DNA of 64,000 nt. Source: Octopus bimaculoides. Lineage: Eukaryota. The stretch's first letter is position 1. Every line of letters begins with the position of its first letter. The stretch lies in NCBI RefSeq assembly GCF_001194135.2, contig NC_068981.1, forward strand, positions 116,743,614 through 116,807,613. Direction: 5' to 3'. Made by a program: the position numbers and the translations under genes. Shown here piece after piece: positions 13,484 through 26,810 of this stretch. The notes under the pieces are model-generated. The model made no database searches, was not told the DNA's origin, and saw only the letters and a list, made by a program, of their open reading frames with translations.

Positions 13484-14179
13484 AATATTTGTCCCGTCAC
13501 TAATGTATATCTTTGCATATGCATATATAACGAAGCTGCATTGCCTAATGTCTTGGATGCTGCATTCACGATCGCGAGATTGTGGATTCAATTTCTAGAC
13601 CGGGAGTAGCGTTGCGATCTTGACCAAAGCACTTAATCTTATGTTGCTCTACTATCACCTCGACACTTGACGCGTGGTATACCGTACACCTTTTCAGACA
13701 GCATCAATTTGAGATGGAGAGAGTGAGCTAATGTACAGCACAAACATTTGTTCTCTATAAACAAATCCTTTTTGAGCTTGTTCAGTAAGAAATTGCAAAA
13801 TTACATTATATGTGTTCACTCTGGCAGATGTCTGAGGTTGTTTATCAAAACGTTGAATAGTAGTTGGCCCTTGAAACCCAAGCTGTGACAGTACTGACAC
13901 CTTATTCTAGGTGCGAAAGATGGGATGTTTGGTAATATGCAGTGCCTTCCACTTCATTGGTTTAGCCTTTACTTCCAAAGTTGTGATCTAGATCTTTCAG
14001 AATCTTCCATGGATATTTTTCGCGTCTTCCCTCTAAGAAGAGCAGCTTCAGTATCCTTAGCCTCTCCCACAGCTCTAACACAATTTTAAAAACGTTGAAC
14101 TACGTATGTGCTTCAGTGTATACATACATATAATGTATGACTAGGCACGTAGTCTGCAGCATAAAGTGCATATCTTCCG

Positions 14180-14830
14180 AAGAACAGCGAGTCATGGCTT
14201 TTTACCAAGCAATGGAAAAGTGAGTTATAACCGATAAAATTCAGGTACTTGTTTTGATACTACAACAAGGAACACATGTCGAGTGAATGGTGCCATTACA
14301 AATCTAGAAAAGTTGTTCAATTGTCACCTGTTGTACTTCCCTTGCCGTCATCACATTTTTGACTTAGTTTTTCGCTGTTTTGACTCACTAATGAGTGCCA
14401 CTTCCGGTACAAACATGGCGCTTTTCAAAAAATTTAGAGAAATCTGGACAAAACTCAACAAGAAGATTTACATAAATAGTAGCCTGATGATGTCCACTCT
14501 ACTCTTCTTGCATTTCTTGAATACCACCTTCACAATTAAAACCAGTTTCACTTGTGCTTCCGAGAATCTAATTTATATTATAACTTACTCAAGTTTTGGA
14601 CATAACTATGTACGACAGACAAGTAAGACACTGAGACGGAGAACTATACCACATAAGGAACAGATCCGGTTCCCGCAATACAGAGAGATTCCTCTGAGTG
14701 AACACATAGAGTAATGTTCAGGTAGTATCCAACCAAACTTCATAGTTTTCCCCATCTACCAGTGCAAAGAAACAATTTCTATAGAAGAAAGTTTAAATAA
14801 AAAAAATTTGTTCATCGAAAAATACAGAAC
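14180..14830 (+). mobile_element. degenerate DNA transposase fragment, hAT-related (FDTT...CRHH type)
   Basis: DKIQVL/FDTT..NT.RVNGAITNLEKLFNCHLLYFPCRHHIFDLVF...TSGTNMALFKKFREIW, containing the first catalytic D motif and a CxxH motif. Frameshifted. Confidence 0.75.
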
Positions 14831-15224
14831 TCGTCTAAATAAGAAAGCATAACCAACTGTGGTCTCAGTATACATTTTAATTCATGATCACATACCCATC
14901 ACTGTACATATTTCACCTCACTACTTTTTTTCTTTTGAGTCTTTGTGCATATTTAATTATCCCCTCCCCGAAAGATGAACAATAACCTCCCCTGTCCCCA
15001 ATAATAATGATCACCAATTACTTCCCCTTAGATTTTTCTACTTGTTGGATCATTCATTCATAAACTTTTCCACGGATAACATGGACTCAAATCTTCTTAG
15101 GGAAATACGAATATACAATAATTTCAATGTCATAAATAGCGAAACCCGGTCGACAAACGCAATATAAGATATATTTTAAAATATATTAGAACTATATAAA
15201 GTGTGCACTTTCCTTCTTTTATTT

Positions 15225-15281
<57 letters not shown>

Positions 15282-15414
15282 NNNNNNNNNNGCATTTTTG
15301 CTTACATATACATGTGTATATATACATATATAAACATATACATATATTTGTGTATGTGTGCATGTGTGTGTGTGAGAATGTGTGTGTGTACATGTACTAA
15401 ATAAATTTTAGTAT

Positions 15415-15545
15415 TTGCTGGGGTCTGACTGATACTTTTATTTTTATTAATCCCAGGGAAATGAAAAACGAAGTTGATCCCAGTGAAATTCGAAAACAGA
15501 AAATGAAGATAATAAACAAATACTTCAAGGCATTATTCAGATATA
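15415..15545 (-). mobile_element. degraded SINE family A copy
   Basis: actgatactttta...gaaatgaaaaacgaagttgatcccagtgaaattcgaaaacagaa resembles the family A body. Confidence 0.5.
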
Positions 15546-15785
15546 AGCTGGTGTGTGAATCAACGGCTTGGTGCGCATACGAATGTCTTGTTTTATGCAT
15601 GTTTCATAACGTATATACCACACAAACCTTAGATGTTAACACTCAAATATATGTCTGCGTTTTCTACGTGAATGTTATATCCGCTTATTTACACAAACGG
15701 AAATGTATCACAAATAATCGTACACCTCGTTTATGAGTAAATGCTTGTGGGTATCAGTATCTGTTTGTTTGTTTGTGTGAACGCT

Positions 15786-15819
<34 letters not shown>

Positions 15820-15983
15820 CGGAAAGAGTGAGAAAGTGGAAGAGCGAGAGGGGGAGAGAAAGAGAGATGGCTATTTTATGTTCATATGCTTTTGTACATA
15901 CATGCGTGGATATATACATATATGCTTGTAAGCATGCGGAATAGGATTTTGTAATTCCAAATACGCGTTTTGTTTACTAAAAT

Positions 15984-15994
<11 letters not shown>

Positions 15995-16079
<85 letters not shown>

Positions 16080-16103
16080 GAGAGAGAGAGAGAAAGAAAG
16101 AGA
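15995..16103. repeat. (AG)n microsatellite
   Basis: Direct reading. Confidence 0.98.
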
Positions 16104-16691
16104 GGGAGTAGGAATAACATATTGGGATACATTATATATTTGAACCATGTATAAACAATCAGACTCACACACACACACACACACACACATGTACACACAC
16201 ACAGTTCGGAAAAGATTAAGAAAGATTGTGGAAGATAAAAAGGAGAAAAACAGAGATGAGGAGTTTCAAAACATAGATATTTTAGAACTTTTCTCTCTTT
16301 GTCATGATCTGTTTGCCACAAATATAAGCGGACACATACAAAAATGCACGCACTCTTCCTTACCCTCATCTGTTTTTCTCCAACTCATCTAATCTGTGTA
16401 TCTTCTTGCAAATGTATCAATAGCATTATAATTCCATTCTAATGTCTCCTATACATACATACATACATACATACATACATACATACATACATACATACAG
16501 GTATACATACAGTTGTTTTTCATGTCGGTACTCATATTGTTATGTGTTCAAATAAAGCTAAGCTATGTTGTCTTGTCTTCGTAAAAATCCTTTTTTGTTT
16601 ATTTCCTTATTAAGCGATAAATAAACGTAACAACATAACATGCGCCTCCTTTGATAAGAAGACTCGTCTCACAGTGACGATCATGATGTTG

Positions 16692-16692
<1 letters not shown>

Positions 16693-16731
<39 letters not shown>

Positions 16732-16749
16732 TACTACTACTACTACTAC

Positions 16750-16806
<57 letters not shown>

Positions 16807-16920
16807 GAAGAAGAAGAAGAAGAAGAAGAAGAAGAAGAAGAAGAAGAAGAAGAAGAAGAAGAAGAAGAAGAAGAAGAAGAAGAAGAAGAAGAAGAAGAAG
16901 AAGAAGAAGAAGAAGAAGAA
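16693..16920. repeat. compound (ATA)n-(CTA)n-(ATA)n-(AGA)n microsatellite
   Basis: Direct reading. Confidence 0.98.
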
Positions 16921-17323
16921 TACTTTCTAATGACGACGGTAACGTTGATCACTATGATAATAATAGTATTGAATTCACTTTCTGCTCAAAAATAGGCCTA
17001 ATTAGCGATATGATTAGATCAATAATATCAGGTGTTTGTTGTAGAGGTAAGATCGATCGTTACCTTTGGCTCTTATGCAGAAATAATGAGTGTTTCGAAG
17101 CTTGTATTCAGTACAATTGCAACAAGTCAACGCCCTCTTCAATTTCATTTCACCCCAAGAGGATGTAAACGAAATCAAAGGGAGGTTGGACGGATGAATA
17201 CTTGATAAAAGAAAGGACACAAACAGGAAAAAGTGAAAGTAGAGGCGGTTGTTGTGGTAGTGATGGGCAGTATTTGTACGTAAGGTGTTGTGTTGTTGTA
17301 ATTGCTGTTGTAGTAGCTGTTGT

Positions 17324-17360
<37 letters not shown>

Positions 17361-17449
17361 AATAGTAGCTGCAGTAGTGGTGATATAGTAGTTTTTCTGT
17401 CTAACTCAGATTGATCTTTGTTCAGTAGACCTAACATAAAAGTTATTCC

Positions 17450-18706
17450 AGAACTGATAATCTAGTTGCTCTGTAATTTTTTAAATATTTTTCTCAGACC
17501 CAGTATATTATGGGATGAATCTTACTTTATGTTGAAAGGAGCAGATTGAGCTGGCTGGATATTTGGCTGCTAAATCTAGTAGATGAAGTAAACAGCTCGG
17601 GGCTGTTGGTGTGGTTCTCATGGCCGTGATAGCGATTGGGTTATTTACTGTTGTTGCTATTTTGCCTCAAATCAGACCTAATCCTAAGTCACATTCGGTA
17701 AAATTCATTCCAGTCATGACCATCTTGTCTGTTAGGGGTAACGTAAAATTTCACTATTCAATGTTACATTATTTAAAAACGCTACAGGTAAAGTATAATA
17801 GAAGTGGTTAATGGGTTCGAACTGTGGCAGTCCCACTTTTTTTTTGTATCAAGTATTACATGGTTTAATATGTCCGCCATTGTAGGTAGGTAAGGATTTG
17901 AGGAAGATTTTAGTGCTAATCTCTCCGTTGTAATTATTTGTATAAGTTTTAACGACATTGGTGTTTGTGCAAGATCACTGCACTTCTTTAGATACCACAT
18001 GACGACGAATACGAGTGATTTCCCTCAATTTCACAGAGAGAGACTCCAAATCGGTAACATTAGATCAGAAATATAAAAACTGAAACGAATAAGAAATGCA
18101 GCTCCCCCACTTCTTCAAATTTAATACTACGAAAACATTCTTCTATAAAAAATTAGTGAACGAAAGCTTAAACATTAAATGACCCGGAAAGACAAATGAA
18201 GGAGCAGTAGGAACTTGTTGGGGACCATATTTAGCTACTGCACGGTTACTATTGTCTAACCAGAAAGAAGTGTGACCTGACCACAACAGAAGAGCAGATG
18301 ACCTGTTTCGGTTGATTTACGTGAATCCTGTGTATGCCCAACATGCCAGACTACCCAAAAGTTACAGACGGCAGCGCAATATCCAACAATTTCTACAGTA
18401 GTGGAGCAGGATAAAACAACCATAAATTTGGCAAGGCATATCTCAAATTGGATATCTAATTAATATTTGGAGCTGTGACAGATATCAACGGAAACGGTAT
18501 TTGTAGTTTGTGGGGTATTGATATGTGTAAATTGAGTATCCATGATGCATTAAAAGAAAACATTATATATTTAACGATGTTGTTTTTTTATACTGGATAA
18601 TTTATTGATTATGCTTTTAGTGAATTTCGATTTCATTTTACTTTCTTTTAAAAAGTTTTCTCAATAAGGTGTGAATGTTGTAGGGTTGATGTAACCNNNN
18701 NNNNNN

Positions 18707-18758
<52 letters not shown>

Positions 18759-19790
18759 TTTGTTTATATTGTTGAGTGTAGTAGCTAGCTGTATTTGATA
18801 TTCTTTGGTACAGCTGATAAGAAGGGAGATAGCAGATGCTACATTTAGTCTGTTTGTTCGGAGTTAGGTTTCGAGATAGTTCATGTCAAGCTGAAGTTGT
18901 GCAGATACGTGTATAGATCCAGTGTTGCTTGTTATTTAACCCCATGCCAGATATAATCGAGCCGTAAATATATCGTTATTTTTGTATACAGGACACAACG
19001 TTCTCCACTGTAACTATTTATAAATTTAAGAAGTTAGATTATGATTTGAATGTGATTGTGCAGATACTTTAGCCAATCAATTCCACGACCTGATAGAAAT
19101 ACCTGCCCTGTTAGTAACAGCGGTAATTGATGCCATTCAACGATTGAATTGATATTCGTAATGGTGTTAGTACCGTTTATGACAGATATAATTGAAGTTG
19201 TCACATGGCGGTAGTACTGATATTGTTCCTAATAGAAACAGCTGTTTTTTAGTTCCTGGTCAATCTTGATTCATTACATTTATGTGAATTCCAGCCATGA
19301 CCTTGTATTTTATTAAACTAAGATGTGTTACAGTATATAATATACGCCTTTCCTATGCTCTTGCACGTTGGAATATGATTTAAGAGAGATGCGACTAATA
19401 TTTCTCGTAAGTTGAGCTCTCTTGATGGCTCATAATGATGGTAGTTTTGATGGTACTTGTGTTAATAACCGGATTATTAACCATTATTCTGATGACGGTG
19501 GTTAAGTCTGAATCTAATGCAATATCGAAAGCGATAATTATTACCGCATTATCACGAAAACGGAAGGAGCGAGATATGTTTCGTAGTGATATTGTTACTA
19601 TTCTTGTTAGTGAGAATTAGGGTCTCCTTAGTGTTGGCGGATGTGATGTTAGTGGTAGGTAAGAATTTAAACTGACCAAGACTAGGGATAGTCTTATGTT
19701 GTCTTCTGTGTTTATTTTCTTCATATTTGATCACGACTGTACAGCTTTCATGTATATCAGAAATTAATTTTAATGACTTTCTCACTATTT
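17450..19790 (-). mobile_element. possible ancient DIRS/Ngaro tyrosine-recombinase retrotransposon remnant
   Basis: One stop-riddled minus frame reads SIRNNI...PLRISIQSLNGINYRCY*QGRYFYQVVELIG*SICTITFKS*SNFL (DIRS-type RT-like) and later YCAAVCNFWVVWHVG (YR-like). Similarity judged by eye only. Confidence 0.35.
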
Positions 19791-20234
19791 ACTCCACCTA
19801 TTCCTCTCTCCTTTTCCCTTCTCCATCTTTCCCGGCTCTTGTAGTTATCTCTGTATTTTCTATCTCTTACTCTGCTCCCACTGCTTTCACTTAGTCTAGT
19901 ACAATCTCACTTTCTGTTCCAGACTGCAGTGCAACCTCCCTGCTCTTGAAGCTTCCATTCTGTGTCATGCTGTCCCTGGTAAAGATGAGTTGCCTTTTCT
20001 ATTTTTCTACCTACCCACCATATCACCCTACAAGGAATAATGATCGAGCATTCGACTATTTCCTTTAAACTCAACGTTATTTGTATTCACACTCACCTTC
20101 GGTATTGTTCAACTATTCCCGTAGAATACTTGTTTCATCCTGGTATTCTTTATCTCTCTAGGCAAAGAACATTCATATTCTTCGAGAATTTTCCGTTGTC
20201 TATATCTGTTCTGTGTTTTGTTTAGTCAAAACAG

Positions 20235-21530
20235 CCACCTATTTTTTTCTATATTTTGTCGTAACCTTATCAAAACATTTTCTGCTCCCTGCCATTACAC
20301 GCCACCCACAACAAACCGGATTCATGCCAAATCGTTCTCACCGACCATATTTTTGACTTTCGGCTCATTCTTGAACGATTTCGGGAGTTCCGTAAAAGTC
20401 GCTGCGTTTACATCGCCTTCGTCGACCTCATGGCAGCATTCGACACGGTCACTCACACATTCCTCTGGAAATTTCTCAAGCTCACCGATTCGCCTCCCAA
20501 GGACGCCGCCTTGTTCCAGCGGTTCTATGGTAATGCCGATAGCGGCGTGAAGATGAACGAAAAGGAATCCTACTAGTACCCTATCAGCAGCAGCGTCCGA
20601 CAGGGTTGCTTATCTATCCCCGACCTCTTCAAGAGTGCCATTGATTATCTGATGACTAAAGTCTATGGCCGAATTCCTGGCGTTAACTCTGGGAACTATC
20701 ACTTTACCGACCAGGATATCACCCTAATCAGCACCTCGATTAATCAGCTGAGAGACGCAATGACCATATACCGAGAGGAATCAACAAAGTTTGGCCTCCA
20801 GATGAGTTGTGCGAAGACAAAGCTGATGCATGTCGGCGATTGCCCGTACCCCACCTCACCCCGACACCGAGGAGGTTGTCAGTTCTTTCATCGGCATGGT
20901 CTCCATGGTTACCAACAATGGAAATTTGACCCATGTGATAACCGCAGACCTGATCTGGCCGCTGGGGTCATGCATTCCTTGAGGAAGCCCCTTTGGCACC
21001 ACTGCTCTTTCTACCGGAAAACAAAGCTTCGATTCTACAACGTTTCGCTCCTCTCCGTTATCCTCTATGGAGCAAAAACGTGAACTCTCACGAACATCTT
21101 GGCAAAGACGACCAACGGCTTCAATAGCAGAATCTGGATGACCATAGAAAACATAAGATGGTACTATCACATTTCGAATGAAGAGCCGATCGCGCGTTAG
21201 CATCGGCCCGTAGCCTCCCCGCTCATAGCTATCCATCGCATATACTGAATGGACGTGTCCTCCGTCTCCCGCCATATCAACCTACGAGTCTTTAATCTAG
21301 TTTGAAGCAGCAGCTACGGGCTGAAAGAAGCCCCGTGACAGACCCCGTGGCTGGCCCCGCACCAAGTGGGTTGAATTGATTAATGAAGATTTTTAGGGGC
21401 TCGACGTAACCTTGGCCGATGCAGAGGTGCTGTGACAGTACTAGCAGCAATGGAGGGCACTGGTGGATCTAGTTAGCTTTACACACAATGATGCCGCTGG
21501 GACCCCTCTGATGATCCAAAGCCTATCAAG
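20235..21530 (+). mobile_element. degenerate RTE-clade LINE (RT to C-terminus)
   Basis: GFMPNRS, VDLMAAFDTV, VRQGC, KFGLQMSCAKTKLM, KTKLRFYNVSLLSVILYGAKT; elevated GC. Confidence 0.85.
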
Positions 21531-21599
21531 CAAGCTCATGAGCTGAACTGCTGAGCTTAGTGTGCTGGTGTGGATGGCATTAAATCTGAAATTCATCGC

Positions 21600-21870
21600 C
21601 ATATATTTCCCTTAGGAATCTGATCAACGCATGCTCAGTCAACTATTATATGGTAAGATAAAGGAGAAAAGAAACCTAAATGTTATCTAAAATTCCGATT
21701 CAAAGATTTAATGAGTAGCCCTCTGAAGACTATCAAAATGATGCATGCAAAGTGAGAGAGTGATATAATGAATGGGTCGACCAAGATGGAGAAGAAAATT
21801 CCGAGGTAATTCAACCCTGTTTGAAGATAATAAGTAGAAACATGCACTGATGAAAAAAAGAGGCATGAAA
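21600..21870 (+). mobile_element. older RTE-type LINE C-terminal remnant
   Basis: QRMLSQLLYGKIKEKR...GRPRWRRKFRGNSTLFEDNK, resembling the RTE QLLYGEL...DR..WR...FE tail. Confidence 0.6.
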
Positions 21871-23125
21871 GGATTTGCTTTTGGCTGATGATCCTTCTCT
21901 CCTAACTTGTAATACCTGCACAATTTTATGAACTATCTTGCAGTTTTTGCAGTAAGATCTGCAGAAGCAGATCTCCGTTGACAATGCACGTTGACAACCA
22001 TCTTCTGGTAATATTAAGCTGTAAATATTCAGCTCCATATTACCAGCGAGTTTGTGTGTTGTTAGTTATTAAGTAGTTTGGTGCCTGCGTGAATGTACTC
22101 TGTCAGTGGTGATTCTGAGAAGTCATACTCAATTAATGAAGCGAGAGCAAACATATATATATATATATATATANNNNNNNNNNNNNNNNNNNNNNNNNNN
22201 NNNNNNNNNNNNNNNNNNNNNNNNNNNNNNNNNNNNNNNNNNNNNNNNNNNNNNNNNNNNNNNNNNNNNNNNNNNNNNNNNNNNNNNNNNNNNNNNNNNN
22301 NNNNNNNNNNNNNNNNNNNNNNNNNNNNNNNNNNNNNNNNNNNNNNNNNNNNNNNNNNNNNNNNNNNNNNNNNNNNNNNNNNNNNNNNNNNNNNNNNNNN
22401 NNNNNNNNNNNNNNNNNNNNNNNNNNNNNNNNNNNNNNNNNNNNNNNNNNNNNNNNNNNNNNNNNNNNNNNNNNNNNNNNNNNNNNNNNNNNNNNNNNNN
22501 NNNNNNNNNNNNNNNNNNNNNNNNNNNNNNNNNNNNNNNNNNNNNNNNNNNNNNNNNNNNNNNNNNNNNNNNNNNNNNNNNNNNNNNNNNNNNNNNNNNN
22601 NNNNNNNNNNNNNNNNNNNNNNNNNNNNNNNNNNNNNNNNNNNNNNNNNNNNNNNNNNNNNNNNNNNNNNNNNNNNNNNNNNNNNNNNNNNNNNNNNNNN
22701 NNNNNNNNNNNNNNNNNNNNNNNNNNNNNNNNNNNNNNNNNNNNNNNNNNNNNNNNNNNNNNNNNNNNNNNNNNNNNNNNNNNNNNNNNNNNNNNNNNNN
22801 NNNNNNNNNNNNNNNNNNTACCGTGGATGCCGTGAAACTGGATCAGCTAGTCATTTTATACTGATGTTGCGACGATCTTACGACTGAGTGTATAAGAAAA
22901 CAAAAGGTTGGGTGGTCTAAAATATTTCACTATTCAGCTGAGAGAGAAAGGTAAATACAGGTGTCTTTTGTATGATATTTCCATAAGAATCTCTGGCTGG
23001 AACTACATATGAATTACTAGTTATGTACTTGTGTATGTGTGTATGTGCGTGGTGTGTTAGTAAGTGAATGTGTGTGTACAGACGCACCGAAATAAACATA
23101 CATGCGTACATGTATATATATAAAG

Positions 23126-23173
<48 letters not shown>

Positions 23174-23174
23174 A

Positions 23175-23370
23175 GGTATAAAGGTCCAACAGACCTTTTT
23201 CAGCAGAAAATAATGAGAAACCTAAAAACTATGTTAAACTTATACAGAGAAGAGCTCACCGACAAGGAATACGCTTATATGACTAACTTCAAAAGTAAAT
23301 CCAGTCAATTCTACGGTATTCCTAAGATACACAGAAGTGAGAAAATAAGTAACGCATGCAGGATAGCATA
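23175..23370 (+). mobile_element. Penelope-like element RT fragment
   Basis: YMTNFKSKSSQFYGIPKIHRS matches the PLE FYGLPKIHK motif. Confidence 0.75.
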
Positions 23371-23423
23371 ATAATCAAGGTCCCTACTCCTACATATATA
23401 TCTGTATATATATATGTATATGC

Positions 23424-23462
<39 letters not shown>

Positions 23463-23786
23463 TATATTATATATATGTATATATATAATATATCTGTATA
23501 TATATATACATATGTGTGAGTATTATGTGTGTAGTGGGGGTCTGTGTGTATACAGATCAGTTTTAAGTCTGTTAGACGGATTTGTTCAAATTGTCTCTGC
23601 ATGTATATATTTTCAAAGCTTGCAGTTTTTAAGTCTTTTTCAATGAAAGTAAATTTTTGTAGCAATACTGAATCAATAGAAACAATTGGCAAGTATCTGA
23701 GCTATAATTATATGTGTATTCTTATGTATTATGATTTTATTTTTATGACGTTTTCTAAAAATTATTCCGTGTAAAATTAAAAAAAG

Positions 23787-24115
23787 GACTCTTTCGGTCA
23801 TGAATGCCATGGAAAGGCACCTAGAATTTTACCCTCCGAAGCACAACCCGGGCAAAGTTTACGGAAGACCAACAATCATGCATGCATATCAGCCTCTCCA
23901 CTCCAAGCCACTGATGTTGTCCAAGGGAAGGGCAAAGAGCAATACAACTTGGTACTAGTGACGTTGCAGCTCATTTCTACAACTGAGTGAACTGGAGAAA
24001 CTTGAAATACAGTGTCCTGCCCAAGAAAACAACACATAGCCCAGTCCGGTTATCAAACTCACTACCTCATGATTTTGAGTCCGAAATTCTAACCACTGGG
24101 CCATATGCCTTCACC
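23787..24115 (-). mobile_element. tRNA-derived SINE, family D
   Basis: Reverse complement gtgaaggcatatggcccagtggttagaatt... (A box), tRNA-like head, then cttgggcaggacact central domain. Confidence 0.75.
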
Positions 24116-24172
24116 GTGTAGAATAAATGAACTATATTTACAAATAAGGTACAGTCACATCTGTGCAGTTAC

Positions 24173-24274
24173 ATATTTCGCGTCACAACCACGTAGTATC
24201 TGAGCAGTCTCACAGCGTGAGTGCTTGGCGAAGCAACTTCCAGTATAGACACCGACGAATACATTGTGAGAAAA
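24173..24274 (-). CDS. candidate symmetric 102-bp exon (FSHNVFVGVYTGSCFAKHSRCETAQILRGCDAKY, or FLTMYSSVSILEVASPSTHAVRLLRYYVVVTRN in another frame)
   Basis: AG/GTAACT boundaries, two frames open, GC clearly above the flanks. Confidence 0.35.
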
Positions 24275-24927
24275 CTATTTTGGTAGAGGAAATATGTACG
24301 TACATACATACATACATACATAATAGGTAAACACATACACATGTAAGTATATTCATACACATACACAAATAAAGTACTACGTGTATTTTCGGATGTTTGC
24401 GTCTACATATAAGAGTGAAGTACCTTTTTGTCTATGATCTATATACGCAGTATAATATAGTTAGATATATTTACCCATGTCTAAGCGTGTTTTCCTACGT
24501 ATACATTCTATTATATGTTCCTATTATATCGTCTTTTGTTGTTTTTGTTATCTGTAAAAAAATATTGTTATATCATTGTACAGCATAATCACTTCTAGCT
24601 TGCAAGTACGGCAATAAGAATTCGGTAGCATGGAGCACCTAGCTATCTATGTGGAATGCCGATTATCTCTCAAATATGTTGATATGCATATAGACACATG
24701 AAAATTCAAATGATGCACATATACATACCTAATTCCCCAAACTGACGCATTCGTAGAAACGCACAAAAATATATTGTGACTACTTTAATAACAAAAAGCA
24801 AACCATCAATCCATGTTCAAGGTAAGTTTACGTAGGAATGCATGTTTTCATTAAAACATGTTCAAAGCGAAATATATTCCTGGCGTACACATGATTTAGC
24901 ACACACACGCATACACACACACACACA

Positions 24928-24996
<69 letters not shown>

Positions 24997-25231
24997 ATTA
25001 GCAAGAATAGTAATGAGAGTGACTTTTGAAATTTCATCCTGCTAAACCACCATCAAACTGTCCGGTGACGGATTAGCTGGCTGTAACTACGAAGTTACTG
25101 TCAATACTATTCTTGTTAGAGAATAATATTTTTTTTTCTTTTCCAAATGTATTGAGTAATCCTTCAATTTAACCAATTTAATGTAAAGTTGTTTTTATCA
25201 TAATTTATAAACAAACATTAATATACATATG

Positions 25232-25720
25232 TACACAGTCATAATAGAAGTAAATAGACACCTTTATAATCGTTAAAATTTATTTAAATCTGAAATCATA
25301 CATTTAAATCATTTACTAACTATTATAAGGCGAATATCTAATATTAAGTAGGCATATCCTTTGTATTTTTCAATATGAGGACCCTACTCGGCATGCTACT
25401 GATCAGATGACAAATATTCTCTTCAGGAATTTCTTGCCAAGTTTCATGCAGTAATCTCAAAAGATCTGGCTTTGAGGATGCTTTCTTCTTCTTTTTACGA
25501 AGTGTCCTGTCCCTTATGCTCCAAAGGGAATCCTGTTCATTTTGCCCCAAGGTGTTCAGTAGGGTTCATATCTGATTTGGCCATGGGAGTTTTTTAATGC
25601 CATTCTCTTCCACCAATCATGGGTCTTTTTAGCCGTGTGACAAGGAACCCCATCTTCCATAAACAAAGAGTCTTTTTTAATCATTTCACCATCGGAGACG
25701 ATTCAATTTTCACCCTTATT
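25232..25720 (-). mobile_element. Tc1-like (DD34E) transposon 3' fragment
   Basis: EDGVPCHTAKKTHDWW...LLRLLHETWQEIPEENICHLISSMPSRV; TA-CAGT-like TIR at about 25232-25262. Confidence 0.75.
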
Positions 25721-25799
25721 ATTTAAATTTAAATAACTATGTTCTCTAACTGGCAAAATTCACTGCAGAGAATTATTTTCTGCAGAATTATTTCCGGGA

Positions 25800-25815
25800 T
25801 TTTGGCGCGCCAAAA
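25800..25815. promoter_or_regulatory. perfect palindrome TTTTGGCGCGCCAAAA (double E2F-type site)
   Basis: Seen directly. TATATAA at 25829-25835 and ATTGG (reverse CCAAT) at 25848-25852 are adjacent. Confidence 0.4.
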
Positions 25816-25861
25816 CGAAGACTTTTAATATATAACCCCCAAATGTAATTGGTAGAGCTAT

Positions 25862-25964
25862 ATGCAAGTTCAATCTCATGCGGACGTCTCGTGTATAGTT
25901 CTGCAAATTATATTTTGCTATGACGATCACACTGAAGAATTGCGGACATTTACGTGAGTATTAC
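25862..25964 (+). CDS. candidate first exon with tandem donors (GTGAGT 25954, GTAAGT 25965); ATG 25920 gives MTITLKNCGHLREYY
   Basis: Two near-consensus donors 11 bp apart, downstream of a TATA-like box. Confidence 0.3.
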
Positions 25965-26249
25965 GTAAGTGGTAACAATGAAACCGAGTACGTGATTAAT
26001 CTTTATATTTTGTATCTTTTCATTTGTCTTGCTCGCTTACGTTCTGACATTTGCTGAATTTTCTTCTTGAGAACAATCTTTTCTTGTTGGTCGGACCATA
26101 TGGGGTCTACATCTAGTATAATGGATGTCCACTTACTGGTCATCCCTCTTATATGTAATATAATTTTTCTGAATCTTCAGATTTTTCAATATGCTAGACC
26201 ACTGGTTTTAAATTGATATTAATCAAATTAATATTCAATTTTTCAGTCG

Positions 26250-26340
26250 AGGACACTTGCCTAAGGTGCCACGCTGTGAGACTGAACCCAGAACCATGTG
26301 GTTGGAAGCAATTATCTTACCACATATCCACGCCTGTGTA
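26250..26340 (-). mobile_element. SINE family B head fragment
   Basis: ggacacttgcctaaggtgccacgc...actgaacccagaaccatgtggttg. Confidence 0.8.
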
Positions 26341-26349
26341 TATACATTA

Positions 26350-26395
<46 letters not shown>

Positions 26396-26431
26396 AAACA
26401 CACACACACACACACACATTTACATATCCTT

Positions 26432-26810
26432 TTAATCTTTTGCATGTTTCAGTCACTTGACTGCGGCCTTGCTAGAACACCACCTTAAAGAGGTTTTTAG
26501 TAAAAGAAATGGACCCCAGGACTTATTTTTGCAAGCCTAATACTTATTCTATCGGTCTCTATTGCGAAACCGCTAATGAGGATGTAAACACACCAACATC
26601 GGTTTTCAAGTGATGGTGGGGGACAAAGACAGACACAAAGACACACACACCCACACACACGCATACATATATACAACAGGCTTCTTTCAGTTTCCATCTA
26701 CCAACTCCACTCAAAAGGCTGTCGTCGGCCCGAGGCTATACTAGAAAGCATTTGGTGAAGGTGCTACGCAGTGGGACTGAACCCGGAACCATGTGGTTGG
26801 GAAGTCACAC
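26432..26810 (-). mobile_element. SINE family B, near full length with internal (CA)n
   Basis: Tail 26432-26640, internal microsatellite, head 26670-26810. Confidence 0.85.

Noticed and set aside
21520-21545. Minus-strand AHELA as a possible zinc-binding HExxH
   Set aside because: Followed by stops, lacks the second His, and lies at a LINE end.
21616-21652. Good AG/GTAAGA-bounded exon ESDQRMLSQLLY
   Set aside because: It is the QLLYG motif of an RTE LINE C-terminus that continues past the apparent donor.
23530-23700. Minus-strand frame LRYLPIVSIDSVLLQKFTFIEKDLKTASFENIYMQRQFEQIRLTDLKLI
   Set aside because: Weak splice signals and flanked by microsatellites; not enough support to call.
23990-24115. 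tRNA-like sequences here and in other SINE heads
   Set aside because: They continue into SINE bodies and lack a complete cloverleaf, so they are not tRNA genes.
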